Origin: Marsupella aquatica
Lineage: Eukaryota; Plantae; Marchantiophyta
Assembly (NCBI GenBank): GCA_973895155.1
Contig: OZ316892.1
Span: 19,851,869-19,915,868, forward strand
Direction: 5' to 3'
DNA length: 64,000 nucleotides
The notes under the pieces are model-generated. The model made no database searches. It had not been told where the DNA came from and saw only the letters and a program-made list of their open reading frames with translations. Of the stretch, positions 50,268 to 62,182 are shown piece after piece; position 1 is the stretch's first letter, and each line of letters starts with the position of its first letter. The translations under genes and the position numbers were made by a program.

Positions 50268-51849
50268 GTACATTCTCATCTCTGTTTCAAGTAGTCTCAT
50301 TATCGCCATGTCATTTTTGTTTTGCAGTGTGAGACTGGACCTTGGAGGTATCTTGGCTTTTGACACTATATGCAGGTGTGCTATGTTTTCAATGTGAATT
50401 TCGAGAGTGGCTCCAGCTGAGAAATTTAAATAGTATAGTTTACTCCTGCATCCTGCAGTCGCTACGTATTTATCTTTGTATGGTTTGCAATGGAGATAAC
50501 TTACGTGACGGAGTGATTAGACCCCTCTTCTTTCCCTCTGCCTGCAGTCGCAAAATCTGGAATTGTTGATAGTCTCTTGTAAATTTCAAGATTCACTATG
50601 GTTAATAATTTTATCCATGGTTATATTTTTTGAATTGGCATAAGGCGGGGCTACGTAAATATGTTGATGAACTTGAGACTTGTATTATTTTTTGTCTGAT
50701 TAAGTTTTTTTTAATTAAAGGTTTACTTGGAGGATCGAGGTTGGACACAATCATGCTGCTCCATCATTCCTTTGATGATCCTGCTGTTGTTTCTTTTTGT
50801 GGGGGAGAAAGGGAAGAAACTCCGAGAAAGGGGAGGAACTCCGCGAGGGGGAGATGAACTAGGGGGAGGGAGAGGTAGGGAAGAGCAAGATTGGTAGATG
50901 AGATAGAGGATTGCGCTGATGCTCTCAATTCCCGTATTCCTTGAGGTCCGTTCTCTTCTCAGCGTCCATCGCGATTCATCTTGCATGAAGACCACGACTC
51001 AGGTACTAGGTACGTATTTTCTCTACCCGTTGTCTAAAGTTGTAATCAACGGGAGGTTTTGCTCCCGACATTTTTGCATCGATATTGTACTAGCATTGTA
51101 ATATAATTATGTGCAGTACATCAGTCACATGTTCGGATCTGCTCTGGCCAACATCAAGGTAGTTGAAGGTACTAGTGCTTGTCCTTTCAAGTTTATTGGC
51201 GAACATTTGCTTGAGAACAACAGAAAATAGAGACGACCGGCCAGAGCAGAGGCCAGGGCGTGGGCCAAACGATCGGTGGTGAATATCGTGGGATACATGC
51301 TCTGTATCTGAGCTCCAGATTTTTGTGAAGTTGTCACCTACAACTCACTTTCAGGTTTGATTTCTGAGCCTTTGATTTGATTTAAGTAGCTTTATTCACG
51401 CCTCACTCCTGCCACACCTTCAGAGCACGTTTCGATGTCGAAGCCATTGTGATTCAATTGGCTTTACTCGGGCCTCTTGCAACCTTTGGTCACCTTCAGA
51501 GGTTCAAGTTCTTTGCCATTTTTTGTTTATTACCTTTATTCGTGCCTCGTGTGGCCTTTCCAGATCGCCGAGGAAGGATTGACGTCTTGAGCAAAGGACA
51601 GAACGCGTTTGTGCAGGAGCGGCAACTCTCGTTGTGCTGTCCCTTCTCTCACTCAGTCTTTGGGAGCGCATTCATAGAGCGTAGTAGCAGAGCGGAGGCG
51701 TAGGCGTCGTCTGCTGCGTCTGGTCATCTATTGTCACCAAATTTTTAGGTGTTTGTAAAGAAGACTGAGAGCTCTCCCCGCTTCTCTGGGAGGGCCTGCT
51801 GATGCTCCACCGTACTGTGCAGACTTTGAAGTAGGGAGTCTACAGTCAG

Positions 51850-54800
51850 TGTGATGCCTAGACAGGAATCACTCGGCCGGTTAAGTGGGTAAAGCAGGAA
51901 GGCACCCTAGGAACACCTTAGTATAGTGACAAAACAAGGAAAATATAAACAATTAGGGGCAACCATGGAACCCGGGCAGAGGCCGGAGGTAAGGCTGAGG
52001 GTGAAAACTCGATTAGGGTTAGGGCGCGTTAAGCGTCGGCGGCTAGGAAGGATCAACGGGAAGAAGGACCGGCAGAGGAGAGGGGTAAGGAGCGCCTGCA
52101 GGAGATGGTGGCTCATTTGCGAGCACGAACTAGGCAGACGACTACGGGAGGCCAACTACTGTCAGCTGCTTAGGCAAGCACTCGGGGAGAGAGTAGATAC
52201 CGACGATCGACCTAAGGAGGGTATGAGCAACGTCAATCAAGCGGCACATTTCTGGGGATGCCTGTTCGAACGGGCAACTGAGTACATCAAGACTTACGAG
52301 GACGAGGAGTCAGAAAGGGCAGCTCGAGAACGGCAGGAGCTCGCTCGATTGTGGGAGCTGCAGAAGACGGCTTTCTTAGGAGGCGAACTCATCAAGGACG
52401 AGTTCCTGTGGACGCCTACTTCCAATCAACTCGACGATCTTCTGTTTTGCAAAGACAGCGTCGTCGGCATCCGAGAGGCCATCAAGAACTGCAATGACAT
52501 ACACTGGGAATTAAAGGGTAGCACGGAAAGGTGGACCCAGGCAACGGTGCTAGGAGAAACCTCCACGGCAGCAGAGATGAAGAGGAAGGGAGCCGTCAAT
52601 GATGAAGCCACCCCGGAAAAAAGAACGAGGTCGGCGGCACCAAATAAACCAGCCGAGCAGCAGAGCAGGAGGCAGGGAGAAGCCGAAGAGGAGGAGGTCA
52701 ATCCCATCAAGGCCATTCCAACCAGGGATGACACCTGGAAGGGCTGGGCGGCAACCCTACCGGTGGAGGTGCAACTACATTTTGCACGGGAGGAGGATGC
52801 ATGCTTTACGGCCATGCAGACCAAGAAGTACCAAGGCTTCATGGCCGGATCCGGCTTGGAGGCCTTTGTAAGATTACCATGGCTGAAGCCGGAGGTACCG
52901 GAGTCAGACCTATTAGAATTCGTGGGGTCATGGGAACCCGAGACCAATTGCACGAGGATATATGGGAAGGATTTCTATCTTACTCCCAAGGTGATTGCCG
53001 AAGTGTTTGGCTTGCCGATGGGCAATAAGACCAAAGTTGATACCAGGAAGACCTTGCCTGACAAGGAGTTCCGGTCGTTCCCCGGGCCATCAAGGAAGAA
53101 TGGCTTCTTCCGGAACACCTGCACCAACCCGCACATGGGAGAGATGATCGACTTCTTGCGGGTGACCATGCATTGTAACTTGCCGAGGGCAGAGATCGGC
53201 AAGGCACAGGTCTATCTGGCAGAAAGGCCAGACCCAAGCCGGGACTACAACGGGTACCTCCTCAACCAATTGAAGAAGATCTTAAAGGAGGAGCAGCAGG
53301 TAATCGGCATGGGGAGCGTGTCGCGGCTTGGCTATCACATGCCGCTGTTGTGCCGGTATGCCAGAGGTCAGACTTTTGCCTCGGTACTTCCCCTGCAGGT
53401 AAGGGCACCCGAGGAAGCTCCAACGCCGAGGCCGTTGGCTGAGAAGCCTCAACCACCTGTTAGTCCTACGATCGAGCAGGTGTTTAGGCCCAGGAAGGAA
53501 GACTTGCCGATGCAGCAACCAGGCATGCAGAGTCTGCTGAAACTACTGGAGAAAGAAAAGAAATCGGCATCGGCAACAACAACGGCAACGACAACAATGC
53601 AGGACACTACTACAGAGGTAGGCCTACACCGGCTCACAAGAGAAAACCCCTTTGCTGGAGACAAGGAGAGAATCAGGCCGGAATCCAAGCCAGGTGTTCG
53701 AATGTACGTGGGAACCTCAAGCTCCGAATCTGAGGCAGAATTGCCTGAAGCTCCTACCGAGGAAGAGGAGAGGGAGAAGCCGGAAATCCAAGAGGTAGAG
53801 GAGGCAGTGGAGGACTGCAGCCATGATAATTCCGGCTATGGGTCGGACCATCACGTTCCAGGAGTAAGGACCTGTGGCCGGTTTGTCCCCACACTTCCAA
53901 GGGTAGTGCGAGGGGACCCCAACCAGCAGAGTAGCCCTGAGTCTCCCCCACCAGATGTTGCTCCCCCGAGCTTCGATGGCATAAAACAGACGGTGCAGGA
54001 ATTTCAGGAGCGAATCAAGCAGGAGGAAGAGGCCGCCCTGGCTAAGGAAAAGGATTTACCAGGAGGAGATTGGCCGGAGGACATCAGGCGGCTAGCCGAA
54101 AAAGGAAGCAAACCTCTAGCCACGATTGAAGAGATCCGCAGGACGGCTTGGGAGCAGAGGCCACGATGGGCGATGCCGATCACTTCTACTTACTCCACCT
54201 ACGCTAAGAATAGAGCCATGGAGTATGGTGAGATGTGTGGGGAACTTGCGCTCGGCATCTTTGGAGAGGAGTTGGAGGTAGGACCCTTTTTCCATAGGGA
54301 GCAGTTGGAGAAGCACCAATTAGAAGAAGCGGTGGCTTTAGAGAGAAGCAAGAAGGACGAGGTCATTCGGCGGCTTAGGAGGATGGGAGCCGAGATTGAA
54401 GATCTAAGGGCGGCCAAGAAAGCCCAAGATGAACTGCGGATTAAACGATATGAGCTGAACATCATGCAGGGGCAGTTGGACGCCGCGCAGGCTGATAATC
54501 AGAATATCAAGGATAAACTGACTCAGACGCAGGAAGAGTTGGCCGACACGATCAAAGAAAGGGAAAAGTGGAAGCAAGAGCTGAAGAATACAGAGGAGGC
54601 CCACATAACAGCCAACAGCCGGGCCATGGCGAAGACCCAAAGAAAGGAATGGGCGTTGAAAGGGGAGCTCGAGAAAATCCGCGGAGCCCTTGAGCAGAAG
54701 GAGGTCGAGTTAGGGAAATCCTATCAAGGGATTATGGCGCTGCAGCAGGAGCTTGCGTCCCTGACGGCCGGCTTCAAGGCCGACCTAAGGGAGAAGGACG

Positions 54801-56557
54801 AGATGCTCGAACAGACTTACGCCAAGATGAACCAGATGGAGACTGTCATCATTGCAGAGCTCGACAAGGAGCTAAGAGCAACCCAGGAGGAGAAGGCTAC
54901 CTTGAAGAAGGAATTGGAGGAAGCCCACAGGGAGTAGGAGGAGGCCAAAAACGAGCTGGAGGGGGCACGTAAGGACCTGGATGAAACCCAAGAGGAGTTG
55001 GAGGAAATCACGAGGAAGATGGAGAACCTACAGCGGCGGGCCGACAACCAAACAGAGCGGTTGAAGAAACAAGCCGCAGTATTTAAATGCTTAGCTGCAG
55101 CAGGTCCATCTCCTGTTGGGACAAACCAGTTACCAGGGGTGGTAATTGCCGAAGGACAAGCCGCGCCACCTACACCAGTGCCGGAGGTAAGTGGGAAGGG
55201 GAAGGGACCAGCTGCCGAGCCACCAACGAAGAAGAAGCGGAAACCTTCAGGGTCAAGGAGTAATACGACTTCACAGGCCGTGGTGATCAAGGAGGTAGAC
55301 CCAGCACCGACCCCAGACAGGGTCACGGCTAAGGATCCAACTACCCTAGGGGAAGGGGAGGCCGAAGCCGTGGGGTTGGCTGAAGCCGAAGCCGTGGGGT
55401 TGGCTGAAGCCGAAGCCGTGGGGTTGGCTGAAGCCGAAGCCGTGGGAGTGGCTGAGGCCGAAGCCGTGGGTATTGCCGAGGCCGGTGTCGAGGCTGAAGC
55501 CGAAGGTGGACCCAGTCAGGCCGATGGAGAGTTGACTCGGTCAAGGGCAGGTAATCTGTCAGTAGGCGGGCCAACGGCAGTGGCTGAGGAGGAAGTGTTG
55601 GGGGCGTCCATTGAGGATCCACCACCGGTGTCGTGACGGTGCAAGGGCGCCGTTCCTTTTAGGGAGGGCGGACGTGGAGGGAGGAGGCGTGAGTGGGCAG
55701 GGCGAGCACGGATCTCCACGTTTAGGATTAGGATCAGAACCAGGAGCGGCCCTGACACTTAGCTTAGTGGGATTGCGGTCCCACTGGTAGGAGCAACACT
55801 TGTGCTCCTGCCTTGCTGTACATAGGTAGATTCGGGCAAGTAGATTACTGTTAAGTAGATTAGGCTTACGATGCAAAGAATGGCGGATCCACTACCAGGA
55901 TAAGTACCTGGGCAGCGGGGAGCTCAGGGCCTCTTCTTTAGCAAGTTTTTAGTTTGCACCAGCCGGGCTGGGATCAAGTAGTACGAGAAGCTCTCGGTTA
56001 GTCATACAGTGACCCTTGTGTATATTCATGTTTCCTCATGCCTAAGAGCTGAATAGAGTTGGCCTCACGGCTTAGTTCGCAGAACTTGTGTATGAGATGT
56101 ACTGTTTGTATGGCAAGTGCATGGTATGACTCAGTCAGAATGAGTCATTTTGCTATTTGTGTGTCGCATTAACTTGTGTGAAGAGTGCCCACATCAACAG
56201 AAGGAAGGAAAGTAAGCAGGGGAGTGAGAGTTGGATGTGTCGAGCTGAGAGAGGTCTTAGCGGCTTAACCAAGCCTATTGGGGATCATTCCGGCGGCGGA
56301 ATCCAAACATACCTAACAAGACGGAGGGGAAGACAGGGGAAGACAGGGGAAGGCCTATATTAGGCCGGCTACGTATCTCATGACCCGATGAAGGATCTGT
56401 CCAGTATATGTGTGTAAAATGTTAATAGTAGTAGTAGAAGGTTAGCAGCGTCCCATGCCGCTAAGCCGCGGAAACGGCCTCGCCAAGCACGAAACCTGCG
56501 GGAATCGGCTTGAGCTGGGGGGTTTCTTGGGTTTAGGGAGCCATGGGACGCACCACA
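51850..56557 (+). mobile_element. 4.7-kb solo-LTR-like element containing a long ORF
   Basis: TGTGATGC...GCACCACA termini with 5-bp TSD GTCAG (51845-51849 / 56558-56562). The right end is confirmed because similarity to the second copy stops exactly there. Confidence 0.85.
51965..55636 (+). CDS. ~1220-aa protein with a PMD-like domain, acidic linker, long coiled coil and AEAEAVGL repeats; one internal TAG at 54935
   Basis: The 1003-aa and 212-aa ORFs are in the same frame; the second copy has TTG where this copy has TAG. Confidence 0.75.
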
Positions 56558-57970
56558 GTCAGGCAGTTCATTTTGATACGGAAGGCCAACCAGAGTTGCA
56601 GTGCAGATATCTGTTGCTGCGTCTGATCATCTTTTGTTGCAGAATTATCAGGTGCATGTTATAATACGTCGTGCATTCATTTGTTCGTTCATCTCATGTC
56701 ATCACGCCGAATGTCGTCTCCATGTCATCAATGGGGAAAGAGAAGTAGGAAGTGCAAGACTGAATCCGATGATTTCTTGAATATTTTTGAAATTTTTTGC
56801 TGTGTCAAAGAGTCTTTTATGTCTTACTGTTTGGGTACGATTGATGGATGTGTAAGTGTGGGAGTGGAATCGTTGGGTTGTCGTCATTGATGTGAGAATT
56901 TGGCTGATGCCGAAAATGTGGCGCTCGATGAACTTGATCGCCAGGGAGAGAGGCGGGTGGGCTGGCAGGAAGTTCTCAGGTCGACGCATTTTTTTAAGCC
57001 CCCGCAACAAAATCTAAACTCTGTCTCTACTTTCGTTCGCGACTACGATTGGTTACTCATTTTGTCAAAGCTCAGCACAGATATCTTACCATTACAACTC
57101 TGTGTCTGTATGCGGGATGTTTGAGCATTCAGTGACGAGACGAGATGAGATGAGACGAGAACAGAACATAACATAACATAACATAACAAAACATAACAGA
57201 ATAGAAGAAGACGAGACCAGACTACACGAGGCGAGGCGAAGGGAGACAAAGGAAAGGAAAAGGAAAGCAGCGTGTATTAGAATTATGCGTTTGGCGAGGT
57301 ATGTTGCGATCTTTTATTCTACTTCGTGCGGGTGGAGGAGGATCAGTTGTTGTTGTTTGCCTTGCGTCCGTCAAAGAGAAGAGTGAGTGGAAGAAAGGCG
57401 GAGGAGAGAAGAGAAGAGAAGAGAAGAGTTTCAAACTAGTACTATGGTTGTCGTCCTCGAGCTTCTCTATTCCTCCGGAGAATCTGCTTCCTTGCTTGCT
57501 GGCTGGCCTGCAACTTTCTTCCACCAACTGCTGCTGTGCTGCATCTGCGTCCAACCTCTACCGTGCTGCATCCAGCTCCAGCTCCAGCTCCAGGCCCTGG
57601 TCCCAGAGACCCAGACCCAGTCCCTGCCATTGCGCAGAAGCTTGCAGATTTCTGTACCGACCAACCAATGGCCGATTTGCATCGAGCGAGACTCTGCAGG
57701 TCTGCTGAGCGGGAGTTGGAATTGGGAGTGTCGATTGTGGAAGTGGAGAGGAGTGGCGGCTGACCACGAAGGAGCAGGCAATGAGGCAAGGCAAGAGGAG
57801 ACAAGGGAGCTGCGAGCTACAGTCGGTGGAGGAAGAGAAGAGAATAGTTTTGGACAAGTGTTTAGACCTTTCTGTGATTGTGTGGTTGTTTTATCCTATG
57901 TTAGTGTGACTGTAGTTTGTAGCCAACTTTTGGACGAATATTAATCTACCTGCATTTTTTACTTCTACAG

Positions 57971-60328
57971 ATGACTTGTAGAAGACGGTTGACAGCCAAT
58001 GGGCCCGCTGCAGCTTATGACATTGTGATGTCATCATAGAGAAAACCAACTCAGGGTAAAGGGAGAGCTAACACAGCATCCGCTGAAGGAATTTTTTCAT
58101 CTCAAGACAATGACTGGTCCCTTTGCACTAGGCATGGTGCCGCCAGGAAAAAATTGAACATGGGTACATCGGAATCCCCCATCAGAAATGAAACAACTCC
58201 AGAAGAAGATGGAGGCAGTGGAAGGCACTCACCTTACATGAGGTACAAGGTGCTTTTATAAAATGTATTGCTATTGAGATGATCTAGATTTATATGATTA
58301 TATAACCTTCTCTTTCTTGGGATTGTGTAGATTTCAAACACAGAGGGCACCCAGGCCCAGGTCTACCACTGGTAATGAAACAGATGTTACAACAACCAGG
58401 AGAATGAAGTATGTTGATCTGGCTGATGACGAAAATATCAGGTACATTGTACTCTTGATTTAATTTATTAATTTTTGCTTTAGGTTTGTGAACTGTATTG
58501 GAATTGACGATTCAATAATTTGCCATTTGCATTTTGTTAAAATGCAGAGAGGAAGAGGAAACTCCTAGACCAGGAAGGCCGGAAGTGCAGAGAAGAGACT
58601 CTGTGAACAATGAAGGACCTATGAGGTAACCATGTAAGTTATACAAGTCTCTTTTATGTATAAGGTTATGTAATATTTAGTATTGAAAACTAATGGTTTT
58701 TTTTTAATCTTTTGCAGAGAGGAAACTCCTAGACCAGGAAGGTCAGAAGTACACAGAAGAGACTCTGTGAACAGTGAAAGACCTATCAGGTACATATGAA
58801 AGTTATACAATTCTATTTTAACTAATAGATCATGTAAAGTTTAGTATTGTGAACTAATGGTTTTTTTCCTCTTTTGCAGAGAGGAAATTCCTAGACCAGG
58901 AAGGTCAGAAGTACACAAAAGAGACTCTATGAAGAGTGAAGGACCTATCAGGTAAATATGAAAGTGATACAAGTTTCTTTTACCTAACAGATTATGTCAA
59001 GTTTACTATTATAAACTAATGTGTTTGTTTAATCTTTGTAGAGACCAGACAGTGGCTTGGGATAGGAGCAGAAATCCAAGTAGAGTTCCTGATAGCGATC
59101 CAAGCAGACAACAGCCTGATGATATGGCTAATCAGAGCCCTTGCAGGTAAAGATCATTATGTGAACATCTATTTTTATTTCACAAGGCTTGGTTTTCAGA
59201 CTTGATGCTTTTGGTAAAACAATGAAGATACTAATAGTTGTTTTCATGGGGTGCAGACAGAGAACACATACTCCAGATGCCTTTGAGAGATTGCACTACA
59301 AGGCAATGATAGAACAAGTAAAAGAATATAAGAGCACTGTGGCCAACCTACAGAGGATCCAAACCGGAGTTTTGCATAAGATTGTGGAGCTGCCTCGACA
59401 CTGTAGATGGGAATGTGTCAGTAAAGTATTGACTGATGTGGTTTCGTCATTCTACTTGGCTCTGATGCAGAGTGTACACTGTATCCGTCTGAACATCAAT
59501 TGATTCCCAGAATTTTGCAAGCTTTTGGTGTTGGCATGAATGACAGAGATCAAGTGGAACAATTTTTTACACAATGGGGGAAAGGAGGTCAAGAAAGTAT
59601 CATGGGGAAAGTTTTTGACAATATTCGGGATAGGCGAGGGGCTATCTTGAGAGTAAGTTCTCTTTCCTTCATCATCCAGTCCTTTTCAGTCATTGGATTG
59701 ATGAAGTGTTATCTGCAGGGTTTGTTTTATAATAACTTGTATTGTTTATTGATTATTAACTATGGCTGTTATGTTTTCAATGTTTTTGCAGGTACTTAGG
59801 GAAGAGTTCTATGCTCAGCTTGGAACACCTAAGCCCAGAGATGGATCAGACATAGCTGTAACAGACTGGAAAGACAGATTAGCATCATTGAGAAGGAATA
59901 GAGAGTGGAGGAGTGACAGTGAAGGAGATAGATATGATCCATGGGGTACCTTGACCATTCATCATTCTATTTCCCGTGTGCTGAAGGGAATTAGATATGA
60001 CAAAGAATGTCCTATATCAATCAGTGTTCATTAGGCTGGATTCTTTTTTCATAATGTGAGTATCATTATTTACTCCTTTACAAGTTTGGTGTTCAGTTTG
60101 TTTATTACAGATTTAAGGTTTAGTACATCTCTAATTAAGGTTTTTCTTGCACATATAATGGATTCTAATCATTCTGAACATTTGCAATTGCAGCTTGAGT
60201 TGGCTATGGAGGGCAGAGTGATGGAGGCATCACGAATGCATCTCCATCACAAGTGCATGAGTGAGATGGAGGAAAAAGTTAAAGGATACAGAAAGGACAT
60301 GAATAGGATTCGTATTGTGATGGAATGA
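57971..60328 (+). pseudogene. Unknown multi-exon gene, probably transposon accessory
   Basis: A series of short GT-AG introns, a triplicated exon at 58548-58951, a helical C-terminal region (VLREEFYAQLG...), and stops or frameshifts near 59501 and 60032. Confidence 0.5.
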
Positions 60329-61429
60329 GATTTAGGATAGTGAGTCTTGTCCTAATTGATGATAGGAAGATATGTGAGTATTGAATAATTGCAGACTATT
60401 ATAGTGGCTATATGAAGAGACGGAATGTAGGTAGAGGGATGAGTTGACCCTCTTGTATCATGTACTCTTTATTGTCTTTGTCTTTAAAATGAAATGTTTT
60501 GAAGTTTTTTCATAGTTGCAAATACTTGACATATTTCTCTTTGTAAAGGTCTTTCGAAAGTGATTCCTATGTCAATTTTAGTACCCCTATCCTAAATGTG
60601 ATGTGGAATGTATACGCAACAACATTGAAATAATGTTGTATCTTAGACTCGGAAACTATATTGAAATGACAAATTAATTCCATTAGATATTCTATTAGTC
60701 AACATGGAATATAAGAATATGTATTGGTGTAAAGATAAATGAAAGATGTTGAAACATTGATATAAAATGTAAAGTTGTACCCTCAAATAAATTATCCATA
60801 AACCTTAGAGATTATGCAAAGAAGATAAGGAAAAACATTGATATATGCTTGTCCAAAATATAATGTAGATAGTAAGTACCAATGATCCATGACATATTAA
60901 TGAAAATAAAGGTATCTATCATTGTCTTATCAACATTAGATACCTATCATTATATAGAAGAAGAAGAGATGTTGGTTTACTAATATATTATCAATTATGA
61001 AATTTAATCTGATCCTTGATGATTGGACGTTGAAACTACATTGTTATAATATTGAGACAACATTGACCAAATATTGATCTATCAATGAAAGTCTATTAAT
61101 TGAAGAATGGTTTTTATTACCAAATGTATTGAAAATACATTGTTACATTGTCCATACAATATTGACCAAACATTGATCTAACAATGAAAATGTAATGATC
61201 AAACAATGTATTTCATTGTAGAATCATGCAAGAATAAACGTGGAATAAGTTGACAATGAATCATCACGATGAGCCCAATGATTTGTTAATGTAATATTTT
61301 GTGAAAATTACAAAGCAATGAATCATTGTGGCACCCACAAATATCCAGTAATGCTAGGTCAACATGATAACATTTATGATTTTACAGTGTATTTTTATCG
61401 CACCCTTCGTGGGTTTATAAATCATTGTT

Positions 61430-62182
61430 TAATTGCAAAATAATAGGAACCCTAATTTCCTGATGCCGTCAACAAATTGAGGGAACAAAACTTTTCCCAA
61501 GCCAGCTTCAATAGCTAGACTCAAAATATTCACACCAACATGATCTTCCCCAACTCGCTCGTTGTTAATGGACGCAAGAGGATGTGGGTTTGGTCAATTG
61601 CAAGATTGAGGGGGGCAAAAGGACGCAAAAAGGATTAGCTCAAAAAGGAGAGAAAAAGGACTCAAAGATCATAAAGATTTGGTTGAACACCACTTCCAAA
61701 AATGTTGGACACACTTCCAAAATTGTTGTGCACACTTCCAAGAAGATTGAGACTTCCTAAAAGCCTGGACACATTTCCAAAGACTTGGCATGCAAGATCT
61801 CACCTTCCAATCTCAACTAACTAATCCTAGCCATTTGGTGTACGTAACACCTTTCCACCCCTTGTAAATTGGGAAGGACTAGAATCCTTTTGGTGGAGAA
61901 ATTGGAGATCCTTTTTGCCCCCCTCAAGCTTGCAATTGACCGTTTATGATGCAACCTCTTGCGAGCAAGGTTTCTCCGTCGTCTGCATAGAGAAGGGCAA
62001 ACTTCTTGAACCATGTGCTACGATCTTTCAGATCCTCCGCAAAAACCTTTGTCCCCTCCAGTCCGGTGGCTGATTTAGAATTACCTTGAATATTGTCAAC
62101 TGGGTCATCAATGACATAAGCTTACTCTGTTTGACCTCCAAGATTCATGTCATTTGCATGGCGGACATATTGCCGATCCCAT
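61430..62182 (-). pseudogene. Tnp1/En-Spm (CACTA accessory)-like C-terminal remnant interrupted by the MITE
   Basis: Removing the MITE and one TSD copy restores LLARGCIINPHPLASINNERVGEDHVGVNIL. Confidence 0.45.
61592..61941. mobile_element. MITE (350 bp) with ~29-bp TIRs and a 4-bp TSD
   Basis: TIR GGTCAATTGCAAG(A/C)TTGAGGGGGGCAAAA; TSD GTTT at 61588-61591 / 61942-61945. Confidence 0.85.

Noticed and set aside
51732-51740. TGTCACC as the start of the ORF-bearing element
   Set aside because: The TSD and terminal inverted repeat support 51850 instead
62165-62182. ATGGGATCGGC next to the second copy as a PBS
   Set aside because: No tRNA 3' complement that I recognise; the flank continues into an unrelated transposon remnant
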